A stretch of 64,000 bases of DNA from Hyphomicrobiaceae bacterium (GCA_965223255.1 CBDCWA010000004.1:1611514-1675513), one strand, 5' to 3'. Counted from the stretch's first letter, positions 26,492 to 37,314 are shown. Numbers and translations are program-made. The notes: generated from the sequence alone by a model not told the origin.

Positions 26492-27157
26492 ATGGCTGAG
26501 GCACTGACATTTTACACACATCCGATGTCGCGTGGGCGAACGGTGCGCTGGATGCTTGAGGAAATCGGGCAACCCTATGAAACCGAAGTGCTGACGTACG
26601 GCGGGACGATGAAGTCACCGGGGTACCTGGCCATCAATCCGATGGGAAAGGTTCCTGCGATCAAACATGGCAACACGGTCGTTACGGAGTGCGGCGCAAT
26701 CCTCGCATATCTAGCGGATGCATTCCCCGACGCCGGTTTGGCCCCAGCGATCAACGATCCGCGGCGTGGTGCGTACTATCGGTGGCTGTTCTTCGGTGCA
26801 GGTTGTGTTGAGGGGGCCTCTGGCGCTGCCGCCATCGGCATCAAGGAATTGAACGAGCGCCAGCGGGCGATGGCTGGCTTCGGCTCGCTGCAACAGGTCG
26901 TCGACACACTCGACCAAGCACTATCACGGCCTCAGCCCTATTTGACTGGCGACACGTTCACGGCTGCCGACCTATATATTGGGTCCCAGCTTGCTTGGCT
27001 AACCAGTTTCGGCGTGTTTGATAAGCGCGACTCGTTCGTAGCCTTCATAGATCGGGTCACGTCGCGCGAGGCCGGCAAGCGAGCCGACCGAATCGATGAG
27101 CAATTGCTGGCCCAAGACCCGGGGCTGATCCCTGAAGGCATGGGTGAGGGCCCTTAG
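26492..27157 (+). CDS. glutathione S-transferase family protein
   Basis: It has an N-terminal thioredoxin-like GST fold (LTFYTHPMSRG...GKVPAI) and a helical C-terminal domain. Confidence 0.75.
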   Translation: MAEALTFYTHPMSRGRTVRWMLEEIGQPYETEVLTYGGTMKSPGYLAINPMGKVPAIKHGNTVVTECGAILAYLADAFPDAGLAPAINDPRRGAYYRWLFFGAGCVEGASGAAAIGIKELNERQRAMAGFGSLQQVVDTLDQALSRPQPYLTGDTFTAADLYIGSQLAWLTSFGVFDKRDSFVAFIDRVTSREAGKRADRIDEQLLAQDPGLIPEGMGEGP

Positions 27158-27439
27158 CAGAGGCCGACCGCTTGAGAGGAATGCAGTCAGCGCGAACTGG
27201 CAGGCCAGATTTTGCCCGTTGGCGAACTCAAGCATGCGCTTGGCGATAACCGGTGCTGGGGGTGAATCGGAATGTTGATCGAAGAAGCGGACATAGGTCC
27301 GCTGTTGGTGGCTAAGCTGTCCCAAAACCTTCAGATCACGATGGTCGCCCAATGACCCAAAGGCGGAAACAAAATAGCTTGGCGCAGTCCCCGACAAAAT
27401 CATCCACGTCAGTGTTTCTGTGAAGGGGACGGGGTCTTT

Positions 27440-28300
27440 TCAAGCTGCCTTTCTCTTCGCATTGCCGTTCATCAGAACCTGGGTGGCTGCCGCTGTATTG
27501 GAAATAGGCACGTGATAGTTGCGATGCAGCTGGCTCACTTCGCCGGTGAGTGCTCCGCGCATCGCAAGCCAGTTGAGAAGTTCAACGCCCTGTGCGCCAG
27601 CTTCCTTTATCAGCATATGAGTCGAGTATTTCGCTAGCGCATCAGGATCATCAATGAGCTTGTCCATGCTCATCTTGTCGAATGTTTTGTTGACGAAACC
27701 AGCACGTGTTCCATCGAGCTGATGGGAAAGTCCACCGGTTCCAACAACTAGAATACGTTGGTCGGATGCGTAACTGTCGAGTGCCCGTCCGACACTGCGC
27801 CCAAGCGCAAGACATCGGCGTGGAGATGGCAACGGATGTTGTACGGTATTCACTGCAATCGGGACAACTTTGACCGGCCATTCTCCTCCGCCCGGCCACA
27901 TCAGCTGCATCGGAATGGTAGATGCATGGTCGACGAGCATTTCCTGGCACATGGTAATGTCGAACTCATCGCCGACGACCGAATTGATGATATGCCAGGA
28001 CAAATCGGGATCACCGAGGAACCTTCGGGCGACCGGGATACCCCAACCCTCGTCTTCGCTATGATATTCTGCAGCAGCCCCAATCGCGAAGGTTGGAAGT
28101 TTGTCCAGAAAGAAGTTCAAGCCATGGTCATTATAGAAGATCACCACGACATCAGGCTCGTTCTCGTTAAGCCAGCTGTGCACAAAATCGAAACCGGAAA
28201 AGAAAGGTTTCCAATAGGGATCATCCTGAAGACCATCAGCAATCGCTTTGCCGATGGATGGCACATGGGTGGTGCCGACTGCCCCAATGACATTGGCCAT
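27440..28300 (-). CDS. class III extradiol dioxygenase beta subunit (LigB-like, second copy)
   Basis: THVPSIG, VVIFYNDHG and FAIG motifs are present. It is collinear with the LigB copy at 35261..36103. Confidence 0.8.
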   Translation of the reverse strand: MANVIGAVGTTHVPSIGKAIADGLQDDPYWKPFFSGFDFVHSWLNENEPDVVVIFYNDHGLNFFLDKLPTFAIGAAAEYHSEDEGWGIPVARRFLGDPDLSWHIINSVVGDEFDITMCQEMLVDHASTIPMQLMWPGGGEWPVKVVPIAVNTVQHPLPSPRRCLALGRSVGRALDSYASDQRILVVGTGGLSHQLDGTRAGFVNKTFDKMSMDKLIDDPDALAKYSTHMLIKEAGAQGVELLNWLAMRGALTGEVSQLHRNYHVPISNTAAATQVLMNGNAKRKAA

Positions 28301-28301
28301 T

Positions 28302-28679
28302 CTAAGCCCTCCCCGCTTCCAGAAGCTTGGCCTTGAACTGGTCTACGCTCATACCCGTCTGCTGTGCGCCGATGTCCTGGACGTTGAGGCCGAATATCCC
28401 CGCCAGCTTGGCCAGATAGTAGATATTGCCGCCGGCCTCGATCATCCTGAGAACATTTCTGCTGCGAACGGCTTCGCGTTGTTCATCGGTCAGGCCAAAT
28501 TTTGCGCAATAGGCATCCTCATCATCGAGGAAGGCCTGACGATTTTCCGCGCTATTAAAAGAAAAGCACATCTTGTTAAGCGCATATCCTTTCTGCGCCT
28601 GGTCCCCATCGAAGAGGGTGGTGCCGGGTATCTGTTGATCTGCCATCTCGTCCATCCGTGTATTCCGATCTCCGGTCAT
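28302..28679 (-). CDS. extradiol dioxygenase alpha subunit (LigA-like, second copy)
   Basis: GYALNKMCFSF...GGNIYYLAKL parallels the LigA copy at 34867..35268. The start is uncertain (28679 or 28727). Confidence 0.75.
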   Translation of the reverse strand: MTGDRNTRMDEMADQQIPGTTLFDGDQAQKGYALNKMCFSFNSAENRQAFLDDEDAYCAKFGLTDEQREAVRSRNVLRMIEAGGNIYYLAKLAGIFGLNVQDIGAQQTGMSVDQFKAKLLEAGRA

Positions 28680-28808
28680 TAGTTCACACTCGGAAGATGT
28701 CGAAGGTGAAACCTTGATTTGTATCAACGCAACACAAAGTGTCAGATCCTTAGCTATCTAAGTATATTCAGCGGCGCGTCATGTTGACGTTCGGCGGCGC
28801 GTGCGCGT

Positions 28809-30452
28809 ATGTCGGAGGGTGGGGACTTGAACCAAGAAGTACTGATCGTCGGGGCAGGACCTGTTGGCCTGACGCTGGCAATCGATCTGGCCAAACGTGG
28901 CGTCAAATCTGTTCTTGTCGAGATGAAGGACGCCCCCCAGTTCCTTCCCAAGATGGAACGCTGCAACGCTCGCACGATGGAGATCTACCGCAGGCTCGGG
29001 CTTGCCGATCAGATCAGGAGGGCAGGCCTGCCGGCGGACATCCCGATGGATGTCTATGTTATTCTCTCAATGAGCGAGCCACCACTACTGCGCCTTGCTT
29101 ATCCTTCCGTGAACGAAGCGCGGGCGACGATCAAAGCCACCAACGATGGTAGCGAGCCGCTTGAGCCCTATCAGCTCATCTCCCAATACACGTTGGAGCC
29201 GCTCCTGAAAGCCGTGGCCGAAGGCATGTCCAATATCGACGTGCGTTTCGGATGCGAGCTGTTGTCGTTGGAACAGGACGAGTTAGGCGTAAGTGCCAAA
29301 GTGAGAAATACCGATCGATCAACGGAAACGTTGAGAGCTCTCTATCTTGTCGGGTGTGACGGTGGCGCCAGCACGGTGCGCAAGGAACTCGACATTACGC
29401 TTCGCGGAGAGTTCAACATCCTTGAACTCTACCAAGCGCTTTATCGCTGCGACGAGCTATTCGAGAAGATACCCATTGGGAATGGCCCTGGACCCGGTCG
29501 GCACTATCACGTTGCCGATGGTCAAAGCACGTTTCTCATCATGCAGGATTCCACTCGGCATTTCACGCTCCACTCGGTGGTCGAACGGCCTGAGGACATG
29601 AAAGCCATGTTCGAGAAAACCGTTGGCATCCCAATAAAATACGAGATGTTAGCCTCAAATCCCTGGCGGCAAAATTTGGTCGTCGCGGATCGCTATCAGC
29701 TCGGCCGGGTATTCCTAGCGGGCGATGCCGTTCATCTTGTTATTCCCACCGGTGGACTTGGTATGAACACCGGAGTAGGCGATGCTATCGATCTCGGCTG
29801 GAAGCTTGCTGCCACCATAAAGGGCTGGGGAGGCCCCCGTCTACTCGCCTCGTATGAGGTCGAACGCCGCCAGATCGGCGATCGCAATGTGGGTGCATCT
29901 CGATATGCTTCGTTGGGACGGCGTAAGTGGCGCGGGCAGTGGCGGCCCGAGATCCGAGAGCGAACCCCGCAAGGCAAATGGGTGCGAGAGAACCTGACCC
30001 GTGTGGCTGACGTCGAACAACGTAAAACGAACGAAATGATCGGCGCTGAACTCGGATATCGGTATTTTGGATCGCCCATTATTTGGGATGAACCTGGGGG
30101 GCCTGAGACGCTATATCGCGTTTATGAGCCAACGACATGGCCGGGCGCACGCCTGCCGCATGTCTGGCTGAACGATGGCTCGGCATTGCAGGATAAGATC
30201 GCCTATGAAGGCTACACCATCTTAAAGCTAGGCGATGCCTCCCACGATATCGGCGGCCTAGCCGAGGCCGTGCGCGGCACCGGGGCCCACTGCGAAATCC
30301 AAGACATACCCGACGAGGTGGCGCGTGACATATATGGCTATGACTACATACTGCTACGGCCTGACATGCATGTCGCCTGGCGGGGCAATGCGCCGCCGGA
30401 GGACGCGGCGCATGTGGCAGGTGTTGTGACCGGACATCGACCATTGTTTTGA
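28809..30452 (+). CDS. FAD-dependent aromatic monooxygenase (PheA/TfdB-type hydroxylase)
   Basis: It has the GAGPVGLTLAIDLAKRG dinucleotide fold, DG and GD motifs (GCDGGAS, FLAGDAVH) and a C-terminal thioredoxin-like domain. Length is 547 aa. Confidence 0.8.
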   Translation: MSEGGDLNQEVLIVGAGPVGLTLAIDLAKRGVKSVLVEMKDAPQFLPKMERCNARTMEIYRRLGLADQIRRAGLPADIPMDVYVILSMSEPPLLRLAYPSVNEARATIKATNDGSEPLEPYQLISQYTLEPLLKAVAEGMSNIDVRFGCELLSLEQDELGVSAKVRNTDRSTETLRALYLVGCDGGASTVRKELDITLRGEFNILELYQALYRCDELFEKIPIGNGPGPGRHYHVADGQSTFLIMQDSTRHFTLHSVVERPEDMKAMFEKTVGIPIKYEMLASNPWRQNLVVADRYQLGRVFLAGDAVHLVIPTGGLGMNTGVGDAIDLGWKLAATIKGWGGPRLLASYEVERRQIGDRNVGASRYASLGRRKWRGQWRPEIRERTPQGKWVRENLTRVADVEQRKTNEMIGAELGYRYFGSPIIWDEPGGPETLYRVYEPTTWPGARLPHVWLNDGSALQDKIAYEGYTILKLGDASHDIGGLAEAVRGTGAHCEIQDIPDEVARDIYGYDYILLRPDMHVAWRGNAPPEDAAHVAGVVTGHRPLF

Positions 30453-31131
30453 TGGTGTAGCGATGCCTCTTGGCTGCAGCATTATGAACACGTCGATTGC
30501 AATAAGAAATCGTGCGCCCGCCTAGCCCCGGAAGTTCAGACCGCTAACAGATTTGCGATGTTCACTCTCGGTCCTGGGTGTTACGAAACGCGCATACTGA
30601 TAACTCGGGCTACTTCATCCTCATTGCGAACGGCAACGACTTCACGGCCACAAAGCCTACAATCGAAGGCAAGGCTGGAGAGCGCTAGATCGCGCTCTGT
30701 TCTGCGATCCGGAGTTTTGTCCTAAATGACCAATCATGGCTTGGTCGCAGGGGCGGCTTCGGTCCGACAATCTTGCCTTTGCTCTTTGGCTCGCATCGAG
30801 CGGATTCTGGCCCAATTAGAATCTGATGGTTTTACGTACCATGTCTCGTTGTCTGAGAGACCGAGAAATTTGGCCTTCTGGCAGTTTATGCTCTTGAACT
30901 GATGGCTGTTTTTGAAAGTGCGGCTGCTGTTATGCACTCGCGATCCTGCTGGGACCACAAAGAGGGGAATATCAACTGGCCCTGTTCTATGCGAAACGGG
31001 ATAGAGACTTCATAAAGTCTCAAACTGGTTGCCGCATATAGGTAGAGAGACATAGCAACAATTATTTGCGAATTGTGCTCCTTGCGGCAACGAGTAGATT
31101 GCAAAGTTTGGAGTTACAAGCCTGCCCGCAC

Positions 31132-31207
31132 TGGCTGGGGAACCAGGAGTCGAACCTAGGCTGACGGAGTCAGAGTACTCTGCTCTAACCCTGTGTGCTA
31201 GTCGTTT
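31132..31207 (-). other. chimeric pseudo-tRNA (good T-arm and CCA end; 5' half cannot pair)
   Basis: The minus strand reads AAACGAC-TA-GCAC...GAGC-A-GAGTA-CTCTGAC-TCCGT-CAGC-CTAGG-TTCGACT-CCTGG-TTCCCCA-G-CCA. The acceptor and anticodon stems do not pair. Confidence 0.5.
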
Positions 31208-31221
31208 CGGAGAAGCCGAAG
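31197..31221. repeat. 25-bp direct repeat copy A (GCTAGTCGTTTCGGAGAAGCCGAAG)
   Basis: It is identical to 32989..33013. It contains the inverted motif TTCGG-N5-CCGAA. Confidence 0.9.
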
Positions 31222-31364
31222 AGCGTAGCATTTGTGGCGAGGCAAGCATCGGCGAGGCCAAAGAACTCGTTGCAGAAGGCATTCCTGTGGTGCCGCTCGC
31301 GCGCTTACCAGAAGATGAGAACTGGAACCGACGAGACAACCGCCTTTGCGCCTTTTGAACGTCC

Positions 31365-31400
31365 AAAAAAAATGGGGTTCGCACGTGGCGTGCGAACCCC
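31365..31400 (-). terminator. rho-independent terminator of the SPFH gene
   Basis: On the minus strand, GGGGTTCGCACG-CCA-CGTGCGAACCCC is followed by T8. Confidence 0.85.
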
Positions 31401-31427
31401 AATATCCTGACCAACCAAGCGGCCGGA

Positions 31428-32573
31428 TCAATCGTCCTTGTTGGCGAGCCGGTAGAGGTTTTTCAGCATCGCATCGAAGCCGCCGGCCCCATCGCCGGTG
31501 TGCAGATCGATCCGCCCGACTTTTTCCACCAGCTTCTCCAGCGCCTCCAGCTCCTTCAGACGCAACAGCAATGGATTATCTTCCATCAGCCGTGACGTGT
31601 TCAGCAAAGAGCGTGTTGCCGCAGTCTCTTCCTGGCGCCGGATGAGGTTGGCCTTGGCGACGCGCTCAGCCTCGACGACCTTGTTCAGGAGCTCGCGCAC
31701 TTCACCCGGCAGTATCACATCCTTGATACCGATCTCTCCCACTTCGACACCAAGCTCAACGGCCCGCTTGGTGACATAGGCCCGGATTTCATTGTCGATC
31801 GCATCACGCGCTGCAAGAATGTCGTCCAGCGTGCGCGTCGCCACCGCCTCACGCACCGCGAACTGAACCAGCCGGTAGAGCGTGTTGAGTACGTCACTCG
31901 ATGCCAGCACAGACTTTTCCGGATCGACGATCTTGGTGAAGGCCGTCAACGTGACACGGATCGCAACCCGATCCTTGGTCAGGATTTCCTGTGCTGTGAC
32001 CTCCAGCGGCAACGGACGCAGATCGACCTTCTCGATCCGAACCTTGCGCCCGATTGCCCAGAACGCATGTTGACCTGGCTTCAACCGTTCGACCAGATCG
32101 CCATCGATGAACAACAGACCCGCCTCGTATGCTTGCACCACATCATGCACAACATGCGGCACACGCTGGAGATCCAGCTTGTCGAGATGGCTTTTGGCCA
32201 CCCGCATGTTCTCGTCGGTGTTGATCCGCTCGACATCGACGTCATTGAGCGTCTTCCAAAACGCCCGCGTCGTATTTGCCATCACCACATGCGTCGGCGC
32301 CCCATCTATCGAGACGATCGCAACCTCGCCGGGACCAACCTGGACGATCTCGAAATTCTCTGCGGCAAGCGCCGGATGCGTCTTGGCAAGCAACATTGCC
32401 CGCTCGCTCGCGATCTCGGCCTGCGCCACCTTCAAGACCTCCACCGAATACCGGCGAAAAGGATCGAAAGCGGTAAAGCGGCCCGGCATGAGCAGCCGCA
32501 CCAATCGGCCGTCGCGAGACAGAAAAGCACGCTCATCGTCGCGAACAACCACGCAGAATTGTGACAACCGCAT
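31428..32573 (-). CDS. SPFH/band 7 (slipin-like) domain protein
   Basis: 381 aa. A central SPFH-type region (EVTAQEILTKDRVAIRVTL...) is followed by a coiled-coil tail (LLRLKELEALEKLVEKV). Confidence 0.7.
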   Translation of the reverse strand: MRLSQFCVVVRDDERAFLSRDGRLVRLLMPGRFTAFDPFRRYSVEVLKVAQAEIASERAMLLAKTHPALAAENFEIVQVGPGEVAIVSIDGAPTHVVMANTTRAFWKTLNDVDVERINTDENMRVAKSHLDKLDLQRVPHVVHDVVQAYEAGLLFIDGDLVERLKPGQHAFWAIGRKVRIEKVDLRPLPLEVTAQEILTKDRVAIRVTLTAFTKIVDPEKSVLASSDVLNTLYRLVQFAVREAVATRTLDDILAARDAIDNEIRAYVTKRAVELGVEVGEIGIKDVILPGEVRELLNKVVEAERVAKANLIRRQEETAATRSLLNTSRLMEDNPLLLRLKELEALEKLVEKVGRIDLHTGDGAGGFDAMLKNLYRLANKDD

Positions 32574-32926
32574 TTTATTTCACTCCCATTCATACGCCTG
32601 CGCAGCTGGCAGAACATACAAACTCAATTCAATTGGGGTCCACCGACCGCCTACCCATAAGGAGCCGTGGATCCGGATTTAAGCCCCGCAGCGCCATCCC
32701 CTGGCCCTGGTTGCGTCCATCCAGACCGAAGTCTGCCATGCCGGTGCCAGGACCGCGGATTTTGCCGCACAGGCGGTATCCATCCGGATACAAAACGTCT
32801 CAATATGTGCCCGTGTTGCTTTGCCCGCCGCCGAAGCTTTGGGGGCCACAAAACGGGCTGGCAGACAGCCGGCTTTCCCCTTGGATAGGCTCTCGCCTCA
32901 CTAGCAGTGTGCTTAACAGGCACGTG

Positions 32927-32999
32927 CAAACGACGTGGGAGTTGAACCCACGACCGCAGGATTAGTAGTCCTGTGCTCTACCCTCTGAGCTAGTCGTTT
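32927..32999 (-). tRNA. tRNA, canonical 73-nt cloverleaf, anticodon loop CU-ACU-AA, isotype undetermined, no encoded CCA
   Basis: Hand fold: AAACGAC/GTCGTTT acceptor, GCTC-AGAGGGTA-GAGC D-arm, CAGGA-CTACTAA-TCCTG anticodon arm, CGGTC variable loop, GTGGG-TTCAACT-CCCAC T-arm, discriminator G. Confidence 0.65.
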
Positions 33000-33013
33000 C
33001 GGAGAAGCCGAAG
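32989..33013. repeat. 25-bp direct repeat copy B
   Basis: It is identical to 31197..31221. It spans the first 11 nt of the tRNA plus 14 nt upstream. Confidence 0.9.
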
Positions 33014-33033
33014 GGATTCGAACCCTCCCAACC
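33000..33033 (-). other. orphan tRNA 3' fragment (T-arm + acceptor 3' strand) abutting the tRNA
   Basis: The minus strand reads GGGAGGGTTCGAATCCCTTCGGCTTCTCCG. No matching 5' half occurs within 100 nt. Confidence 0.45.
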
Positions 33034-33299
33034 GTTCCCGGTCAGCAGCCAGCTTAGCCTCGACCCCAAAAAACGCGGAACACGGATGAGCGCCGCAAAG
33101 CGGCCCGCGCCAGCCGGGTCTCAGCGAGCCCGGACACATGGCGTCCCTCAGGGCCGGGTGATCTAGCCAAAGATTCTGGCGTGATGACAGCGATTATTGG
33201 AAGAAAGTTTAACTTTGTGAAAATCGCCATCGCAATTGCGCCACAATTGGTGAGCACCGCGCCGAAGAACGTTCGATGCCAGCACTTTGAAAAAGATCA

Positions 33300-33344
33300 T
33301 TGACAGCGAGATGTACACACCCTATTAGTTTGGTTATCAAACTA
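33300..33344 (+). promoter_or_regulatory. putative sigma-70 promoter (TTGACA-N17-TATTAG) overlapped by palindrome TAGTTTG-N5-CAAACTA (candidate MarR operator)
   Basis: Both elements were read directly from the sequence. They lie 70-110 nt upstream of the MarR gene. Confidence 0.45.
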
Positions 33345-33412
33345 TATTGCAAACGCTAATCACACCAGCGCAAGTGTGCTGGGGCTAAGTCCCCATCGAG
33401 GGTTCCCAAGTT

Positions 33413-33946
33413 ATGGCGAAGTCAGGGCCCGATAGCATCGCTACAGCAGTGTCAGCCGAACAACGTGCCGACTCGCTTGGCCCAGGCGGGATCGACTATG
33501 ATGAACTGCCGACCTATCTCGGATATCTCATACGCCGCGCCCACTCGCACATCCAAACAGAATTCGAAAGCGATCTCGCCTATGTCGGCATGGCGACCAG
33601 CGCATTTGGTATCCTTACACTCATTCGCGCCAACCCCGGCATTACAGCAAATCAATTGGCGCAAGCCTCCCGTCTCGACAAATCAACCTTGAGCCCAATG
33701 ATCGTGAACCTCGAAACCGCCGGCCTCATAACGCGAAAACAGCGCACCTCTGACCGCCGCTATCAATCCCTGTTCCTCGCGAAAGGTGCCGAAGCCAGTT
33801 ATATGCGCTATCGCGATAAGATCCGCACATTTGAAAGAAAAGTTGCAAACCGCTTGACGCAAGGCGAACAATCGCAGCTCGCGAAACTCCTCACAAAACT
33901 GCAGGGATTAGAGACTCCCGCACCCGATCACCAGGAGGACATATAG
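33413..33946 (+). CDS. MarR-family transcriptional regulator
   Basis: It has a winged-helix region (LTLIRANPGITANQLAQASRLDKSTLSPMIVNLETAGLITRKQRTSDRR). Confidence 0.85.
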   Translation: MAKSGPDSIATAVSAEQRADSLGPGGIDYDELPTYLGYLIRRAHSHIQTEFESDLAYVGMATSAFGILTLIRANPGITANQLAQASRLDKSTLSPMIVNLETAGLITRKQRTSDRRYQSLFLAKGAEASYMRYRDKIRTFERKVANRLTQGEQSQLAKLLTKLQGLETPAPDHQEDI

Positions 33947-33950
33947 GCCC

Positions 33951-34823
33951 ATGGACCCCAATTGGATCCCCTTCCACCCAAACCCCTCGAAGCCAAAATT
34001 CAGGGTCCCGGCCGGTGCCGTCGACGCGCATTGTCACGTGTTCGGTCCCGCCGATATTTTCCCCTACGCACCAGAGCGCAAATACACACCGTGCGATGCG
34101 CCAAAAGAGAAGTTATTCGAATTGCGCGACTATTTGGGCTTCGAAAGAAATGTCATCGTTCAAGCGAGCTGCCACAGCAAAGACAATCGCGCACTGGTCG
34201 ATGCCCTGGAAAATTCCGATGGCAAGGCACGCGGAGTCGCCTTTATCGGTGAAGAGGTCAGCGATGACGAACTCAAGTGGATGCACGATGCCGGCGTACG
34301 CGGCATCCGCTTCAACTTTCTCAAACGCCTTGTCGACATCACACCGAGCGACGTGTTGGAGCGCATTGCCGCCCGCGTAATTCCACTCGGCTGGCATATC
34401 GTGATCTACTTTGAAATGCCCGATTTGCCGGAATTCGAGGACTTCTTCAAATCTTTGAAGACAACGGTTGTTGTCGACCATATGGGGACACCCGACATTA
34501 CAAAAGGTGTCGACCATCCAGAAAATCAGCGATTTCACAAACTGATGGAAACCCATACCAACTTCTGGGTGAAGGCAACCTGTCCCGAACGGCTGACTCG
34601 CGCCGGAGCACCCTACGACGACGTCGTCCCCTTCGGCCGCGCGTTGGTTGAGAAATTTCCCGATCGTGTGATCTGGGGCACTGATTGGCCCCACCCGAAT
34701 ATGAAAGTCGAAGCACCCAACGATGGCGAGCTCGTAGACTTCATCGAAAAGATTGCGCCAACACCGGAGCAGCAGCAGAAGCTCCTGGTCGACAACCCGA
34801 TGCGCCTATATTGGGCGGATTGA
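33951..34823 (+). CDS. ligI: amidohydrolase-2 family, 2-pyrone-4,6-dicarboxylate lactonase (LigI-like)
   Basis: It has an AVDAHCHVFGP N-terminus and a DWPHPN distal motif. It sits next to ligABC. Confidence 0.7.
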   Translation: MDPNWIPFHPNPSKPKFRVPAGAVDAHCHVFGPADIFPYAPERKYTPCDAPKEKLFELRDYLGFERNVIVQASCHSKDNRALVDALENSDGKARGVAFIGEEVSDDELKWMHDAGVRGIRFNFLKRLVDITPSDVLERIAARVIPLGWHIVIYFEMPDLPEFEDFFKSLKTTVVVDHMGTPDITKGVDHPENQRFHKLMETHTNFWVKATCPERLTRAGAPYDDVVPFGRALVEKFPDRVIWGTDWPHPNMKVEAPNDGELVDFIEKIAPTPEQQQKLLVDNPMRLYWAD

Positions 34824-34866
34824 TACCCGCTCTCAGGCCCAACCAAAAAACCAAAGGAGGTGGAGT

Positions 34867-36103
<1,237 letters not shown>

Positions 36104-36137
36104 GCACAATTTACGATCCCAATTTAGGAGGACGACG

Positions 36138-37094
36138 ATGAAAATCTGCGTGGCCGGTCAAGGGGCCTTTGGACAAAAGCATCTCGATGCGCTGGCCCGC
36201 ATCGATGAAGCCGAGGTAACATCACTTGTCGGCGGCAATCAGGATGCAACGGCGGAGGTGGCAAAAAAGTATGGCATCCCGCATTACACCGGCGATTTGT
36301 CGGAAGGCATCGCCCGCGCCGACGCCGTTATCTTGACCACACCGACGAAGATGCACCATTCGCAAGCTGTGCAAGTCATGCAGGCTGGCAAACATGTGTT
36401 GGTCGAAATCCCCGTTACAGATAGCGTCGCAGACGCTGAAGACCTGGTCAAGGTTCAGCAGCAAACCGGCGTTGTCGCAATGGGCGGACACGTTCGCCGC
36501 TTCAATCCGAGCCATCAATATGTGCACAAGAAGATAAAGGCAGGTGAGCTCAAAGTTCAGCAAATGGACGTGCAGACCTACTTCTTCCGCCGTAAGAACA
36601 TCAACGCCGCCGGCAATCCACGCAGCTGGACCGACCACCTTTTGTGGCATCACGCTGCCCACACCATTGACCTGTTTCAATATCAGGCCGGTGAAGAAAT
36701 TTCTGATTGCTATGCCGTCCAAGGCCCCATCCATCCAGAACTCAACATCGCAATGGACATGGGAATTGTCTGCAAGACGCCATCGGGTCCGATGTTGACA
36801 CTCTCGCTATCGTTCAACAACGACGGACCGCTCGGATCGTTCTTCCGTTACATCTGTGACAACGGCACCTACAAGGCCTATTACGACGACTTGAGCGATG
36901 GCAAAGACAACGTCATCGATCTTTCAGGAGTTGACGTCTCGATGGACGGTATTGAACTCGAAGATCGGGAGTTTATTGCAGCCATCAAGGAGAACCGGGA
37001 GCCGAACGCCAGCCTGAAACAGGTCCTCTCCTGCATGCATGTATTGGGTAAGCTGGAACAAATTATCGATCCCGAACGCAAGGCGCATGCCTAA
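36138..37094 (+). CDS. ligC: Gfo/Idh/MocA-family dehydrogenase, 4-carboxy-2-hydroxymuconate-6-semialdehyde dehydrogenase (LigC-like)
   Basis: AGGAGG RBS. The N-terminus MKICVAGQGAFGQKH forms a Rossmann fold. It sits directly after ligAB. Confidence 0.7.
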   Translation: MKICVAGQGAFGQKHLDALARIDEAEVTSLVGGNQDATAEVAKKYGIPHYTGDLSEGIARADAVILTTPTKMHHSQAVQVMQAGKHVLVEIPVTDSVADAEDLVKVQQQTGVVAMGGHVRRFNPSHQYVHKKIKAGELKVQQMDVQTYFFRRKNINAAGNPRSWTDHLLWHHAAHTIDLFQYQAGEEISDCYAVQGPIHPELNIAMDMGIVCKTPSGPMLTLSLSFNNDGPLGSFFRYICDNGTYKAYYDDLSDGKDNVIDLSGVDVSMDGIELEDREFIAAIKENREPNASLKQVLSCMHVLGKLEQIIDPERKAHA

Positions 37095-37184
37095 TCGCAC
37101 CCAGCAGCAAGCCATCGGCAGCACAAAAGTAAAAATAACGGCGAGTGTGCAGGAATTCGATCCTGCAACTCGCCGTTACTCAAG

Positions 37185-37232
37185 CCTGGTCTATCCACCA
37201 GCGCGGATCGCCGCGCTGGTGGATAGACCAGG
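37185..37232. repeat. perfect 22-bp inverted repeat with 4-nt loop between convergent genes
   Basis: CCTGGTCTATCCACCAGCGCGG-ATCG-CCGCGCTGGTGGATAGACCAGG. No U-tract follows it. Confidence 0.85.
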
Positions 37233-37314
37233 CTGGCTAGCAAACGCATGACCTGTTGCCAGCATGCGATCATCTAGCACTATGATTATTACAAAAGTCC
37301 AAAGAAACTTATGG

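Noticed and set aside
26999-27403. 134-aa minus-strand ORF.
   Set aside because: Its 3' end overlaps the well-supported GST gene by ~160 nt in a convergent orientation. I saw no recognisable motif or RBS.
31010-31414. 134-aa minus-strand ORF.
   Set aside because: It runs through the pseudo-tRNA, the 25-bp repeat and the SPFH terminator. It is low-complexity and most likely spurious.
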